The notes under the pieces are model-generated. The model saw only the letters and a list, made by a program, of their open reading frames with translations, did no database searches and was not told where the DNA came from. DNA of 64,000 nt from Candidatus Sumerlaeaceae bacterium (GTDB taxonomy: Bacteria; Sumerlaeota; Sumerlaeia; Sumerlaeales; Sumerlaeaceae): positions 3,158-67,157 of the forward strand of contig JBPCLP010000016.1 of the NCBI GenBank assembly GCA_051003195.1, read 5' to 3'. The stretch's first letter is position 1. Each line of letters begins with the position of its first letter. Positions 39,695-50,469 of this stretch are shown here, piece after piece. The position numbers and the translations under genes are program-made.

Positions 39695-41037
39695 GCGCGC
39701 TTTGCCGAAGCCTTGCCCAAGAGCCCGGTTGGTTTGAAGACGATTACGAGGATCATAAACGCATAGGCGACGCCAAGCTGGTACTGCCCTGGGCGTCCAA
39801 GGTTAGTGCCCATACGGTTCCAGCCTTCTTCTGTAAGCCATCCCCACCTCTCGAGGGTGCCGAAAATGCGGAATGTATCGAAGGAATCGAAGAGCGGCAC
39901 AAAGCTGTAAATCGTTCCGATGATCAGTCCTCCGAGCATCGCACCACTGATGTTGCCGATGCCACCGAGTACGGCTGAAGCAAACGCGAGAATGCCTACG
40001 ATATATCCCATTGTGGGAATGATGAACGTGCCGCGCAACACGTAGAGCGGCGCCACAATGGCAGCCAGCCCCGCACCCAGGGCAAACGCCAGTGCCACCA
40101 CCCGGTTCACCTGGATGCCCATCAGGCTCGCAGTGATGCGATCCTGTGCACATGCCCGCATGGCTTTCCCTGTGCGCGTGTGATGGATGAAGAGCTGAAG
40201 CGCGACCAGCAACACGATGGCTGTCATAATGATTGTCAGATCCAGGAGCGGCATCTGAATGATCGTCGGCTCGCCATTTCGACCCTGCGCGCTGAAAAGC
40301 TTAATCATTGCAGGCTGTTGGATGGGAATCGAAGTATGGGATGCGTGCTCGTAATGCCAGAAGAGGTGTGGGCGTGCGTTGGCGGGAAAGTCCCGGCTGG
40401 CCGACCCCCAGATTGACTGCGCATAGCTTTGCAGGAATAGCGAGATTCCGATCGCCGTGATCAGCGGGATCAGGCGCGGGGAATTGCGCAGCGGGCGGTA
40501 TGCCAGAAGGTCCATGGTTACGCCAAGGCAGCAGGAGTACACCACGGCAATGGCAATGGCGGCGAAGAACGGCATTGGGTTGCGACCGCCTGTTTTGGGG
40601 AGAAGATAAAAATTGGCGACCGCAAACGCTACGCCCGCGCCGATCGCCACCAGCAACCGCAGCCAGCGTGACTGCAAAAGCCCGGAAACCGCTACCCAGA
40701 TTGCGCAGGCAACCAACAGCCCAACTGTGGCGGAGACCACCTTCATGGAAAAAATATCGTGCGAACCCGTCGGCACCAGGAACATCAGGGTGAAGTACGT
40801 AGAGAACATGAAGACTTCGCCATGCGCGAAGTTGATGAGCTGGATAATTCCATAGACCATGGAATAACCCACCGCTAGAAGCGCAATGATGGCGCCCTGC
40901 GGCAGTCCTAGCGCAAGGTACCTCAGGTACGTCGCCAGGTCCTTGTTGAGGATAACAAAGAGCGAAAACGCCAGAAACCCGGCCCCCCAAAGCAGGGCAG
41001 TGCGAACCAACGATGCGCGTAGTGAAACTGCGGCCAA
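39691..41037 (-). CDS. Branched-chain amino acid ABC transporter permease (LivH-type)
   Basis: It has the IQLINFAHGEVFMFSTYF motif. Confidence 0.8.
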   Translation of the reverse strand: MAAVSLRASLVRTALLWGAGFLAFSLFVILNKDLATYLRYLALGLPQGAIIALLAVGYSMVYGIIQLINFAHGEVFMFSTYFTLMFLVPTGSHDIFSMKVVSATVGLLVACAIWVAVSGLLQSRWLRLLVAIGAGVAFAVANFYLLPKTGGRNPMPFFAAIAIAVVYSCCLGVTMDLLAYRPLRNSPRLIPLITAIGISLFLQSYAQSIWGSASRDFPANARPHLFWHYEHASHTSIPIQQPAMIKLFSAQGRNGEPTIIQMPLLDLTIIMTAIVLLVALQLFIHHTRTGKAMRACAQDRITASLMGIQVNRVVALAFALGAGLAAIVAPLYVLRGTFIIPTMGYIVGILAFASAVLGGIGNISGAMLGGLIIGTIYSFVPLFDSFDTFRIFGTLERWGWLTEEGWNRMGTNLGRPGQYQLGVAYAFMILVIVFKPTGLLGKASAKRA

Positions 41038-41131
41038 ACTTAAACCTCGGAAAAAATCAGCTAGGAGCGAGCGCGACGTGCGCGAACCGAGAGCGCAATG
41101 TCAAACTCTCCTGCGAGAGGCCCACAACCCA

Positions 41132-43105
41132 CTATTTCGTGTTGGAAGTTGGATGATCCCGCCGTTGGACTAAGCTGTCACTGGAAGCAAAATTCAGGCG
41201 AATCGTGGAGCTCGTCCCACCTTTGGTGCTCACCGTGGCGCTGCTCAACATATCCCCAGTGTGCCGAATCGGTAGGCTCGTGTCCAGTGTACTACTCGTC
41301 AACGTTGCATTCAGGAACACAGCCGTGCCGGTGGTTCCGGTGATCGATACAGGCGCGGGTTCCTCAGTCGAAGTGGTTTCGTCATCCTGTGAAGGCACCG
41401 CTTCACTGCCAGCCCCCTGGGTCGCAAATAGATCCGAGACATTCTCGATTTCCAGGCGCTCGTTCATCGCGAGCCCATCATCTGTATCATGCGGCGCGAT
41501 CGGCGCATCGTTTCCGTAGCCAATGAAAATCAGCCGTTCCGGATCGAGCCCGAACTTCTGCACCAGGTATCCTTTCACGCTCCATGCGCGGCGGCGAGTC
41601 AACGTGCGGGCTTCCTCATCGTCCAGGCTGTCATTCAAATGCGCTTCAATACTCACCAGCGTATTTTCGAGAGGCTCATCCAGCAGGGCCTCACCAAGCG
41701 CATTCAGCATTTCGAAGCTCTGCGGCAGAATCGCGTAGTCGTCGTCTTCGAACTGCACCTGCTGTGTCGCGTACACCGGACCCGCATAGCGATTGTCCGG
41801 ATCCCGCTCGCGAGTCAGGGCCCGAATGATATCGTCTACCGTAGTATTCCTTTCCAGCGTGGGCGGCTCCTCCGGAAGTGGTCGTTCAACGGCCTGCCAC
41901 TCCTCGTCCATTTCCTCATCTTCCTCGGTGATCTCCTCCGCCACGAGATCGGACGGCGTGTACGGCTCTTCGGGTTCGATCTCCTCTACCAGGTCAGGCC
42001 GTGCGATGCCGGGAGTCACTACCACAATCGCCGGATCACATACCTGATACGACCCGTACTCCTGGCGTGGAAGGTAGTACCAGCCTGGCGGAGTGACGAA
42101 ACTCGGCGGCGGGACCCAGCGGGGCGGTATAACCCACCCGCGCCTGGGTACATAGCACCACCCCCACTTGGAGAGCCGTAGTACCCAGTTCCTGGGCGGT
42201 TTCCATCCTGGGGGAGTTACCCACCCGCCTGCAGGGGCCCAATTGGATGGAGGCTTCCAGCCCGCGGGAGGAACCCAGCCGGACGGCGGCCTCCACTGGT
42301 CCGGCGGGTGAAAGTTGGCCGGGGTCGGTGTCGCAGCGGACGGCGTAGGCACAGGAGTAGGACCCGGCGTCGGCTGCAGCTTGCGCTTCTTCAGCTTTTG
42401 CTGCTTCTCAACCGACGGAGTTGGGCTGGGTCGTGGTCCGATGCCCCGTACCGGGGTTGCTCCTGCCGAGGGAGGCGGCATGCCTGCCGGCACGAAAACG
42501 GTAGGGCGGGCGAGGGCAGGCGTGCGCTGTGCCCTCCGCTGGTCTCGACGGGACTTGCGAGTAGGATGAGGATCTTCCGTTTCTTGTTCTGCGGTGCCTT
42601 CTATCATCACGGCAGCACCCGGGTTAATTGTCCCATGATCGGGTTGAGGAGTCTCGCCTGGAGTCGCATCGTCTGAGGGTGTAAAATCCGTGGCCGGCTC
42701 CGTGATCTCGGGAACGACATCGGGGCCCGTTGGTGTCGTCACGAGAGGTCCCGCTGCCTGGTCAGGTCGGTTCTGCTTCTTCTCTTTTTCTTTTTGTTTG
42801 CCGAATTTGTCACGGTCGCCTTTGCGGCTCTCGCCCGATGTGGATGATTGCCCCGGTGCGGTTGGCTCTTGCTTATCCGCCTTGCTTCGCTTGGCAGACT
42901 CCTTCGCGGGAACCGTAATTGGCGTGAGATTCGGCAATACAACCAGCGGCGTCGCCACAGGCGCGGGCTTGCGCTCTTGCAATTGAGCCGCGCTTTCGCG
43001 GTCGCTCCGGCGCGACTCATCCCCGCCTGCTTTCCCTTCGTCTTTACGCCCATGCGAAGGTAAGACTAGGAGCAGCAAGGCGGCAGATAGAAACCTGGTT
43101 CTCAT
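41132..43105 (-). CDS. OmpA-family protein with long Pro-rich PPxGW-repeat linker
   Basis: It has a signal peptide and an OmpA-like C-terminal domain (NTLVSIEAHLNDS...RRRAWSVKGYLVQKFG). The central repeats are PPSGWVPPAGWKPPSNW.... Confidence 0.55.
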   Translation of the reverse strand: MRTRFLSAALLLLVLPSHGRKDEGKAGGDESRRSDRESAAQLQERKPAPVATPLVVLPNLTPITVPAKESAKRSKADKQEPTAPGQSSTSGESRKGDRDKFGKQKEKEKKQNRPDQAAGPLVTTPTGPDVVPEITEPATDFTPSDDATPGETPQPDHGTINPGAAVMIEGTAEQETEDPHPTRKSRRDQRRAQRTPALARPTVFVPAGMPPPSAGATPVRGIGPRPSPTPSVEKQQKLKKRKLQPTPGPTPVPTPSAATPTPANFHPPDQWRPPSGWVPPAGWKPPSNWAPAGGWVTPPGWKPPRNWVLRLSKWGWCYVPRRGWVIPPRWVPPPSFVTPPGWYYLPRQEYGSYQVCDPAIVVVTPGIARPDLVEEIEPEEPYTPSDLVAEEITEEDEEMDEEWQAVERPLPEEPPTLERNTTVDDIIRALTRERDPDNRYAGPVYATQQVQFEDDDYAILPQSFEMLNALGEALLDEPLENTLVSIEAHLNDSLDDEEARTLTRRRAWSVKGYLVQKFGLDPERLIFIGYGNDAPIAPHDTDDGLAMNERLEIENVSDLFATQGAGSEAVPSQDDETTSTEEPAPVSITGTTGTAVFLNATLTSSTLDTSLPIRHTGDMLSSATVSTKGGTSSTIRLNFASSDSLVQRRDHPTSNTK

Positions 43106-43203
43106 CAATCCATCCAAAACTTTAAAGGCTGGCGCTTATTGCTGCAATCACAATGCCGAACTGCGCAAGAGGAAGCAAAGCGCAACCAAGTCAGCGACGA
43201 AAT

Positions 43204-45753
43204 CTATATTTGGATTGAAGGCGCGTTCCAAGCAGAAACCGTGCATTTAGTTCCGGCTGCGGCCACTGCGCGGCTGCCTTTCGGCGGCAGGCAGAAGTAA
43301 CCCTGCTGCAATGAAGTCTCGTCTCCCCTCACACGTATCATGAGAGCTGGAAAATCGCATTCGTTCTCTATCACCAGCAAACGTTCATCCGTTCGCGCGT
43401 GAAGGCTGACCTCCGGTGAATTCAGCATGGCTTCAAAGGCAGGCTGCTGCGTTGAAAACACGTATTCGTTTTGTGCAACGATGCCCCCTTTAGAATCCTT
43501 CAGCGTCAGGAAGGCTGCTACCGTACCTGCCTTGGCGGGCAACACCTGCTGCACGCGCTTCGCCATTATAGCCTTGTCGCGGGAGAGATTAATTTGCCCT
43601 TCTGCCTCCTGTAGTCTGGCACCCGATAAATCGTACAACTCGAACCGCCACTGGTACGGCTGCTCCGCTGGCGCGCTGCTGACGGCCCACACCTCCGCGC
43701 TCCATTGCTCGCCCGGCTTCCATGTAAGCCGCTCATAGCGCAGACTGACAGAGGTCGGCGCATATGCCTGCCGCACCCACCAGTACACGGGTTTGCTGGT
43801 CAGCAGGTAATCGATCGCGTTCGTGCAAACCGCGTTGGGATACGCCTCATTGAATTGCCACGGCAGCACCCCGCTGCATGGTCCGCTGCGCCGTCGATGC
43901 GCTTCCACACCATAGCGCAATCCTTCCGCGTGCAGCCACTGGCTCGCGCGAACGTACGTTTCCAGCTTGTCTATTTTCCCGAACACCTGCTCGATCATCT
44001 CGCGCTGCAGCCACCACGACGCATGGTGCACCCATACCGGGTTCGTGCTATCCGCCGGCCACTGATGCTCCGGCGAGAAGAACTGATGGATTGTCTCAAG
44101 GTTCGCCGCGCCTTCGACTCCAAATTCCGAGTGCAGCAGCGGATCGATCGCATTATAGAGCGCATAGTGATTCTCCAACCCGGCGTATTTCCAGGGGCCG
44201 TGCACGTCATGCATTCGCCCAGTGCCGGCCTTTTCGATCGAAGTGGACCACTCCGGCCCCGACGGCGAGGTTGGCACCCAGGCGCGATCTGGATCCAGCT
44301 CCGCGACAACCGATTTAAGCTTCGCCAGTGCGGGATGTGCATCGGACAAAGGTGTGTAGTCGTCAGCAATCAGTTCATTGCCACCGCACCACACCGCGAA
44401 ACATGCGTGGTTGCGTCGTTGCGGGATGATTTCCCGCGCCCGTTCCTCGATGTATGTGAGGTACGCTTCGTCTTCGGGGGGGCGGTTATCGATTCCGGAA
44501 GATGATTGAGGAAACTCCTGCCAGACCAGGATGCCGAGGCTGTCGCAAAGGTCATAGAATTTTCGCGACTCCTGCAAGCCCCCGCCCCACACACGCAAAA
44601 GATTGCAGTGCGCGTGCGCAGCGAGGTTCAGCGCGCGCTCGTACCGATTCTGTACCGGATGCTGCGCGGGAGGGTTGTCCCCATGGTCGCGGCCATACAT
44701 ATGGTCCATCGGCACCCAGTTCCAGCCGCGTATCCACAGCCGCTCCCCATTCACCTCCATCGTGTAAGGAAGCGCATCCTTCGCGCCTTCGTTTTGCACC
44801 ATACGCAGATTGCGCATGCCGATCCGTTCGGTACGCGTGTCGCTAACCGTGGACCCAGCCAGCACGCTCGTGCGAACCGTATAAAGGTGCTGCTCGCCCA
44901 TCCCGTTGGGCCACCACAGCTTCGCACCGGCTACCGATAGCTTTACCTCCGCGACGTGATCCGTTTCTCCCACAACTGGATGCGTCGCTGAGGCTACGAT
45001 CTTGTCGCCGTCCAGGATTTCGACTCGGACTGCCGATGAAGCCATGCCCTCCGCTGCGCCAACCTCCACCCGAGCCTCCACCTCAGCATCGCCATTGTTG
45101 TTCACGCGCGGGCGCAGCCACACTTCTTCAACCCAAAACGGGCCAGTACGCACCAGCGTAACACTGCGGTAAACACCGACCGGAATCAGGCGCGTACACC
45201 AGTCCCACCAGTAGGCAAAACGCGATTTCCAGATGCGCGCCTTGCTCGTGCGGCCAATCTGCCCCTGGACCAGGTCAACCGAGGGCGCGTGCTGCACAAC
45301 CACCACCAGCCGGTTCTGCTTACCCGCACGCACCTTCTGCGTCACGTTGAACTCAAAAGGTGCGAACATGCCCTCGTGTTCGCCCAGCAACTCGCCGTTC
45401 AGATAAACGGTACATGCGTAGTCGACACCCTCGAAATACAACCGCAACACCTCGCCGCTTGCGAGGTCCGGCCCTGTGAAGTCCTTGCGGTACAGCCAGT
45501 CGCGCTCGCTCAGCCATTCACATGCACGGCTGTTGAGGTCCTTGTACGGGTGCGGGATCAACCCGGCATCGAGCGCATCGGCAATTACATCGCCCGGGAC
45601 GGTTCCACGAATCCACTGGCCGACCGCGGGACTGGACTTATCAGCCTCCCAGTCTTCCTTCCATACCTTCTGCTGCTCCCATTCGCGGGGCATCAGCCCA
45701 AGTAGCTTCCAGTCGTCTCCGTCCAGCGGCATCACCAGCACACGCTCATCCAT
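43204..45753 (-). CDS. Glycoside hydrolase family 2 protein (beta-mannosidase/exo-beta-glucosaminidase-like)
   Basis: Its length and domain order fit a GH2 enzyme, with a sugar-binding N-domain followed by a TIM-barrel block. Confidence 0.6.
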   Translation of the reverse strand: MDERVLVMPLDGDDWKLLGLMPREWEQQKVWKEDWEADKSSPAVGQWIRGTVPGDVIADALDAGLIPHPYKDLNSRACEWLSERDWLYRKDFTGPDLASGEVLRLYFEGVDYACTVYLNGELLGEHEGMFAPFEFNVTQKVRAGKQNRLVVVVQHAPSVDLVQGQIGRTSKARIWKSRFAYWWDWCTRLIPVGVYRSVTLVRTGPFWVEEVWLRPRVNNNGDAEVEARVEVGAAEGMASSAVRVEILDGDKIVASATHPVVGETDHVAEVKLSVAGAKLWWPNGMGEQHLYTVRTSVLAGSTVSDTRTERIGMRNLRMVQNEGAKDALPYTMEVNGERLWIRGWNWVPMDHMYGRDHGDNPPAQHPVQNRYERALNLAAHAHCNLLRVWGGGLQESRKFYDLCDSLGILVWQEFPQSSSGIDNRPPEDEAYLTYIEERAREIIPQRRNHACFAVWCGGNELIADDYTPLSDAHPALAKLKSVVAELDPDRAWVPTSPSGPEWSTSIEKAGTGRMHDVHGPWKYAGLENHYALYNAIDPLLHSEFGVEGAANLETIHQFFSPEHQWPADSTNPVWVHHASWWLQREMIEQVFGKIDKLETYVRASQWLHAEGLRYGVEAHRRRSGPCSGVLPWQFNEAYPNAVCTNAIDYLLTSKPVYWWVRQAYAPTSVSLRYERLTWKPGEQWSAEVWAVSSAPAEQPYQWRFELYDLSGARLQEAEGQINLSRDKAIMAKRVQQVLPAKAGTVAAFLTLKDSKGGIVAQNEYVFSTQQPAFEAMLNSPEVSLHARTDERLLVIENECDFPALMIRVRGDETSLQQGYFCLPPKGSRAVAAAGTKCTVSAWNAPSIQI

Positions 45754-46025
45754 TCTGCAGGGCCTTCTTTGTATGAGTGTAAATGATCTTAGTTAAAATC
45801 CGCTAAACGCGAAGCACGGGCACAACACGCAACCAAGAATAATGCGAAGCGACAATATCACGAACCACGGGCGATGCCGTGCTGTCACCGGCAGCCAGGC
45901 GTCATGATTCGGCAATGCCCGCTGCTCACTCACTCTTATTATCTGATAAATTATGAAGCGGCCGGGATGAAAATTGCTGACAATTGTAGAATCCTTCCGC
46001 CTAACCCGCATCAAGGAGTAATGCT

Positions 46026-48092
46026 TTGCCCGAACTGCCCCTTCCATCGGCAACCATGGAACAGAACGCCGATCCGCTCACCCGTGAACCGGGCGGAGAC
46101 TCGAATCCTATGCAGTTGAGTAGCAACTCCACCGCTGTGGGCGCTGCCCAGGTTGCAATACGTGAAAGTGACTGGACCGTCGACGATGCCATAAAGACGT
46201 ACAACGTCGACAGATGGGGCCTCGGGTATTTTGGGATTAACGAGCACGGGCACGTAACCGTAAACCCGCAACGCAACGGCGCCGCCATCGATATTATGGA
46301 TGTCATAGCCGAAGCGAAAGACCAGGAACTCAGGTTTCCGCTCGTCGTGCGCTTCCAGGATCTGTTACGCGACCGGGTAGTCGCGCTGAACACCGCATTT
46401 GTCTCCGCAATCGAGGACCTCAAATTCAATGGCAAGTACCTGGGTGTTTTCCCAATCAAGGTGAACCAGCTACGCGAAGTCGTTGAGGAGATCGCCGATG
46501 CAGGCCGACCGTTTAATTACGGCCTCGAGGCCGGATCAAAACCAGAGCTCTTCGCAGCGCTTGCCGTTCACGATAACCCCGACGCACTCCTCATCTGCAA
46601 CGGCTACAAAGACACACAGTACATCAGGACCGGCCTGCTCGGAAACCGTCTCGGCAAGAAGGTCATCATGGTCGCCGAGAAAGTCGAAGAGGTCAAAGCC
46701 ATCGTCACCGTCTCAAAGGAGATGGGTGTCGAGCCGATCATCGGCATCCGAGTCCGGCTGGGCGCAAAGAGTTCCGGCATCTGGGCGCTTTCGGGCGGCG
46801 AGAGCGCCAAATTCGGGCTCAGCACAATGGACCTCATGGAAGCCGTTAATTATTTGCGCGAAGCCGGAATGCTGCACGCCTTCAAGCTGGTGCATTATCA
46901 CATTGGCTCGCAGATACCCGACATCCTGACCATCAAACGCGCCACCCGCGAGGGCGCGCGCTACTATGCCAAGCTGCGAAAGATGGGATGTGACGGGCTG
47001 GAGTACCTAGACATGGGTGGCGGGCTCGCAGTCGATTATGACGGCAGCCGCACCAGCTTCCACTCTTCCTCCAACTACACGCTCGACGAATATGCGGCCG
47101 ACACCATCTACAACATCATGGATGTTTGCGACGAAGAGAAAGTCGCCCACCCGCACGTAACCAGCGAGAGCGGACGCGCCATCGTGGCGCATCACTCCAT
47201 GCTGGTCGTCGAGGTATTTGGTTCGATCGAAAAAACGAAAGCACAATACGATCTCAGTGTCGCTCCCGATGACCACAAATGGGTAAAGCAACTCGCCGAG
47301 AGTAACGAGCGCATTCAGATCAACCCCACAGAGACGCTGCACGACGTTCAGCAGATCAAGCAGGACAGCCAAAGCGCATTTGACCTCGGCATCCTCGATC
47401 TTCGCACAAAGGCCAAGATCGAGACGTTTTACTGGCACATTGTCGAGGAGATCGTGGAGTTGTTCCACCAGCGTGCGAAAAGCGGCGAACTGGAGCCGGA
47501 GGAAATCCCGGAAGACGTTGCCGACCTTACCCCGCACATGGCGGACCAGTACGTTTGTAATTTTTCCGTGTTCCAGAGCCTGCTCGATCACTGGGCCCTC
47601 GGTCAGCTTTTCCCCATCATGCCGCTGCACCGGCTGCACGAGCCGCCCAATGCACAGGGAACGCTTGTCGATATCACGTGCGACTCGGACGGGAAGGTCA
47701 GCAAGTTCATTGACCTGAAAGACGTTCGCCACTCGCTGCCCATGCACACACTACGCGGTGACGAGCCCTACTACATCGGATGCTTCATGACCGGAGCCTA
47801 CCAGGACATTATGGGCGACCTGCACAACCTTTTCGGGCGCGTAAACGAGGCGCACGTGTTCCTCGACGATGACGAAGAGAGTGGCTGGTATGTGGAGGAA
47901 ACCATTCCGGGGCACTCCATCACACAGGTCCTTGAGATGGTGCAGTACCACGGCATCGACCTGGCGCGCCGAATGAAAGGTCAGATCGACGAAGCAATTA
48001 AAGCCAACACCCTGCGACCCAACGAAGGAATGAAGCTACTTGCCGAATACGAACGCGGATTGCAGGACCCGACTTACCTGAGGTTCCATTAG
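46026..48092 (+). CDS. speA: Biosynthetic arginine decarboxylase
   Basis: It matches SpeA along its full length, including the PLP-binding region. The exact start is uncertain. Confidence 0.88.
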   Translation: MPELPLPSATMEQNADPLTREPGGDSNPMQLSSNSTAVGAAQVAIRESDWTVDDAIKTYNVDRWGLGYFGINEHGHVTVNPQRNGAAIDIMDVIAEAKDQELRFPLVVRFQDLLRDRVVALNTAFVSAIEDLKFNGKYLGVFPIKVNQLREVVEEIADAGRPFNYGLEAGSKPELFAALAVHDNPDALLICNGYKDTQYIRTGLLGNRLGKKVIMVAEKVEEVKAIVTVSKEMGVEPIIGIRVRLGAKSSGIWALSGGESAKFGLSTMDLMEAVNYLREAGMLHAFKLVHYHIGSQIPDILTIKRATREGARYYAKLRKMGCDGLEYLDMGGGLAVDYDGSRTSFHSSSNYTLDEYAADTIYNIMDVCDEEKVAHPHVTSESGRAIVAHHSMLVVEVFGSIEKTKAQYDLSVAPDDHKWVKQLAESNERIQINPTETLHDVQQIKQDSQSAFDLGILDLRTKAKIETFYWHIVEEIVELFHQRAKSGELEPEEIPEDVADLTPHMADQYVCNFSVFQSLLDHWALGQLFPIMPLHRLHEPPNAQGTLVDITCDSDGKVSKFIDLKDVRHSLPMHTLRGDEPYYIGCFMTGAYQDIMGDLHNLFGRVNEAHVFLDDDEESGWYVEETIPGHSITQVLEMVQYHGIDLARRMKGQIDEAIKANTLRPNEGMKLLAEYERGLQDPTYLRFH

Positions 48093-48099
48093 CGCGGCT

Positions 48100-49182
48100 T
48101 CAGTCGAACGGGGTCTGGTCGCTCTGTGTTTCATCCACACTTTTTACGCGCCCAAGTCCGGGGTCGTAGCAGCATACCCGATTCCTGCCCAGTCGCTTCG
48201 CCTCGTACAGTGCCGCGTCAGCTCGCGCGAAAAGGCGCGCAGGCGTCATATCGAAACCCAGCGGCAGGGTAGAGGCACCGATACTTGCCATGATCCGGAT
48301 AGCTGAACTGTGTGTGCTCATCGGTTGTCCACCAATCGCCAGGCGCACACGTTGAGCAACGCGTATGGCATGATCCAGGTCGGTTTCCGGCAGGATGATG
48401 CCAAACTCATCGCCACCCAATCGGCCCAGAAGGTCCGGATCCCGCAGTTTCGAGGCAATACGATCCACCAGCTGCCGCAACACCTCGTCGCCCGCGGCGT
48501 GTCCCATTGAATCATTCACTTCCTTGAATCCGTCGAGATCCAACATGAGCACGGACAGCGGTCTCCCGTATCGCAACGTGCGGTTCATCTCGATATCCAG
48601 CGCCTGGAGGAGCGCCCGTCGATTCAGAATACCGGTCAGATCATCGTGCGTAGCTATCTTCTGCAGCAGCCGTTTCTGGTCCTCAAGCTGCGTCATCAAT
48701 GAGCGCACCCGCAGGTGTGTCTTCAACCGGGCAAACAGCACCGGATAGTTGAACGGCTTTGTAACGTAATCGTCCGCACCGAATTCCAGGCCGGTAACCT
48801 GCGTGCTGCTTTCGTGGCGGGCAGAGATCAGCAATACTGGAATCGAGTGGGTGCGCTGCTCGCGCCGCAGCTCCTGCAGGTAAGTCAATCCATCCGTGCC
48901 AGGCATGGTAAGATCGAGCAGAATTGCGTCCGGCGTTCTCTTATCTAAAATGGCCCGGGCCGCGGCAACGCTGGACGCGGAAAGCGGTTCATATCCGCGG
49001 GCACCCAGGCGTCGACTCAGCAACTCCCGACAGTCGGGATCATCGTCCACGACAAGTACGACGAACGGGTGGTCTGGATCGGATGGGACGCTCAGGGCGT
49101 GAAGCTGCTGAACTGCTTCGCTCAGAGCATTATCGACCTCGGCGTTGTTCATCTCGGGCACAGGCGATGTTCCTTCTGTCAT
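48100..49182 (-). CDS. Response regulator receiver + GGDEF diguanylate cyclase
   Basis: The REC domain is VVLVVDDDPDCRELL...DAILLDLTMPGTDG, and the GGDEF motif is RLGGDEFGIIL. Confidence 0.85.
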   Translation of the reverse strand: MTEGTSPVPEMNNAEVDNALSEAVQQLHALSVPSDPDHPFVVLVVDDDPDCRELLSRRLGARGYEPLSASSVAAARAILDKRTPDAILLDLTMPGTDGLTYLQELRREQRTHSIPVLLISARHESSTQVTGLEFGADDYVTKPFNYPVLFARLKTHLRVRSLMTQLEDQKRLLQKIATHDDLTGILNRRALLQALDIEMNRTLRYGRPLSVLMLDLDGFKEVNDSMGHAAGDEVLRQLVDRIASKLRDPDLLGRLGGDEFGIILPETDLDHAIRVAQRVRLAIGGQPMSTHSSAIRIMASIGASTLPLGFDMTPARLFARADAALYEAKRLGRNRVCCYDPGLGRVKSVDETQSDQTPFD

Positions 49183-49338
49183 CTGGCCAAGGTTTGTAGT
49201 CAGCCCCCGCATGTCAAATGGTGGGGACAGCTCACAAAACCTGGACTTGTATCTTACTTTACGTATACCATTTGGTTCGAATTTGTGCGGATCAATTAAC
49301 ATTTAATGCTTCTAAAATGCGGTAGATAAGGCGCATAG

Positions 49339-49944
49339 ATGCACCTCTCGGATTGCTGTGCAGCCATCCTGGTCGGCGGCGAAAGCAGACGCATGGGACA
49401 GCCCAAGGCCCTTGTGAAGCTGCACGCCAGGCCCCTCGTCAGCCATATAGCAGGAGCACTGGAGCCTGAGTTTGCCGAGCTGGTTATCGTTGGCTCGCTG
49501 GTTTTGCAGGGGGAACTCGGGGATGCCTTCAGGTTTCGTCAGGTACCTGACCGCTTCGAGGATCGCAGTTCCCTCAATGGCGTATTAACCGCAATTCTCG
49601 CAAGCTCCACCACCTGGACAGCCATCTTTGCGTGCGATGCGCCCATGCCGTGCATTCCACTGCTGAGGAAAATGGCCGCCACTGTGGATCACCAAACCGA
49701 GGTAGTTCTTTGCAGCGATCCCAACGGCCAAATGCAGCCATTTCACGCTTTCTGGCGCCGGGACTCTGCGAACGTTCTCACGGAAGCACATCAACACGGA
49801 GAACTAAAACTCGCGCAGGTGCTCAAGCAGCTGAAGTGCAAAGTAATGCCGCCGGAAACCTGGCGTAAATACGATAAGGTGGGTCAGTTTTTACAGAATC
49901 TTAACACACCCGCGGAGCTCAGGGAGTTTCATGCAAATACCTGA
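49339..49944 (+). CDS. mobA: Molybdenum cofactor guanylyltransferase
   Basis: The AAILVGGESRRMGQPKAL motif is present. Confidence 0.75.
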   Translation: MHLSDCCAAILVGGESRRMGQPKALVKLHARPLVSHIAGALEPEFAELVIVGSLVLQGELGDAFRFRQVPDRFEDRSSLNGVLTAILASSTTWTAIFACDAPMPCIPLLRKMAATVDHQTEVVLCSDPNGQMQPFHAFWRRDSANVLTEAHQHGELKLAQVLKQLKCKVMPPETWRKYDKVGQFLQNLNTPAELREFHANT

Positions 49945-50361
49945 CTACTGCGCGGAGCCCTTGATGGGCCGAAAGCCGGTCGGTTTGCCCGCACTTTCTT
50001 CGTAAATCCAGTGCTCCGGTTTTTCACACGCAGAGCCAGGCCGATCCTTCTCGATAAAAAAGATAAATCTTTCGCCGTCCAGCCGAGGCAGTTCGCTGGG
50101 GCAATAAACTCCTTCGCGGCTATCGTCCTTCAACAACTGCAAATCGCGTTCGCAAAGTTCCGCGATGATTTGGTCACCCGTAAACCGGATGCGGCTTTCG
50201 TGCGCATCGCGCACCGAAGTAATGCCATAACTGAGCACATGAGCTTCACGAGTTCCCGGAAATGCAGTCCGGCTGATGATGGCTCCATCCGCCAAGAGCG
50301 TCTCGAGCTCTTTAATCGTTATACGAAACCTGACGGAGTTGTCCTGGATTCGGATTTTCAC
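49945..50361 (-). CDS. Hypothetical protein (138 aa)
   Basis: This is an ORF with no recognised family. Confidence 0.35.
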   Translation of the reverse strand: MKIRIQDNSVRFRITIKELETLLADGAIISRTAFPGTREAHVLSYGITSVRDAHESRIRFTGDQIIAELCERDLQLLKDDSREGVYCPSELPRLDGERFIFFIEKDRPGSACEKPEHWIYEESAGKPTGFRPIKGSAQ

Positions 50362-50469
50362 AGTTTGTAGTTTTCTTCAGACATATGCACTTCGTTAATC
50401 TACCGTCCATCTGCTCTTTCAGTCGGGCGAAGAAACCCCTGGGTACGTCGCGAGCCCCGACAGCGCCTC

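Noticed and set aside
43705-44505. 266-aa plus-strand ORF inside the GH2 gene. The same holds for 41489-42181 within OmpA-like, 47007-47747 within speA, 50779-51399 within ABC-F, 52471-53169 within fumC, 55689-56300 and 56896-57567 within DUF2723, 60067-60735 within rpsA, and 10380-10961 and 11229-11870 within the beta-helix gene.
   Set aside because: All are long antisense ORFs typical of GC-rich DNA. Each opposes a gene with strong family evidence.
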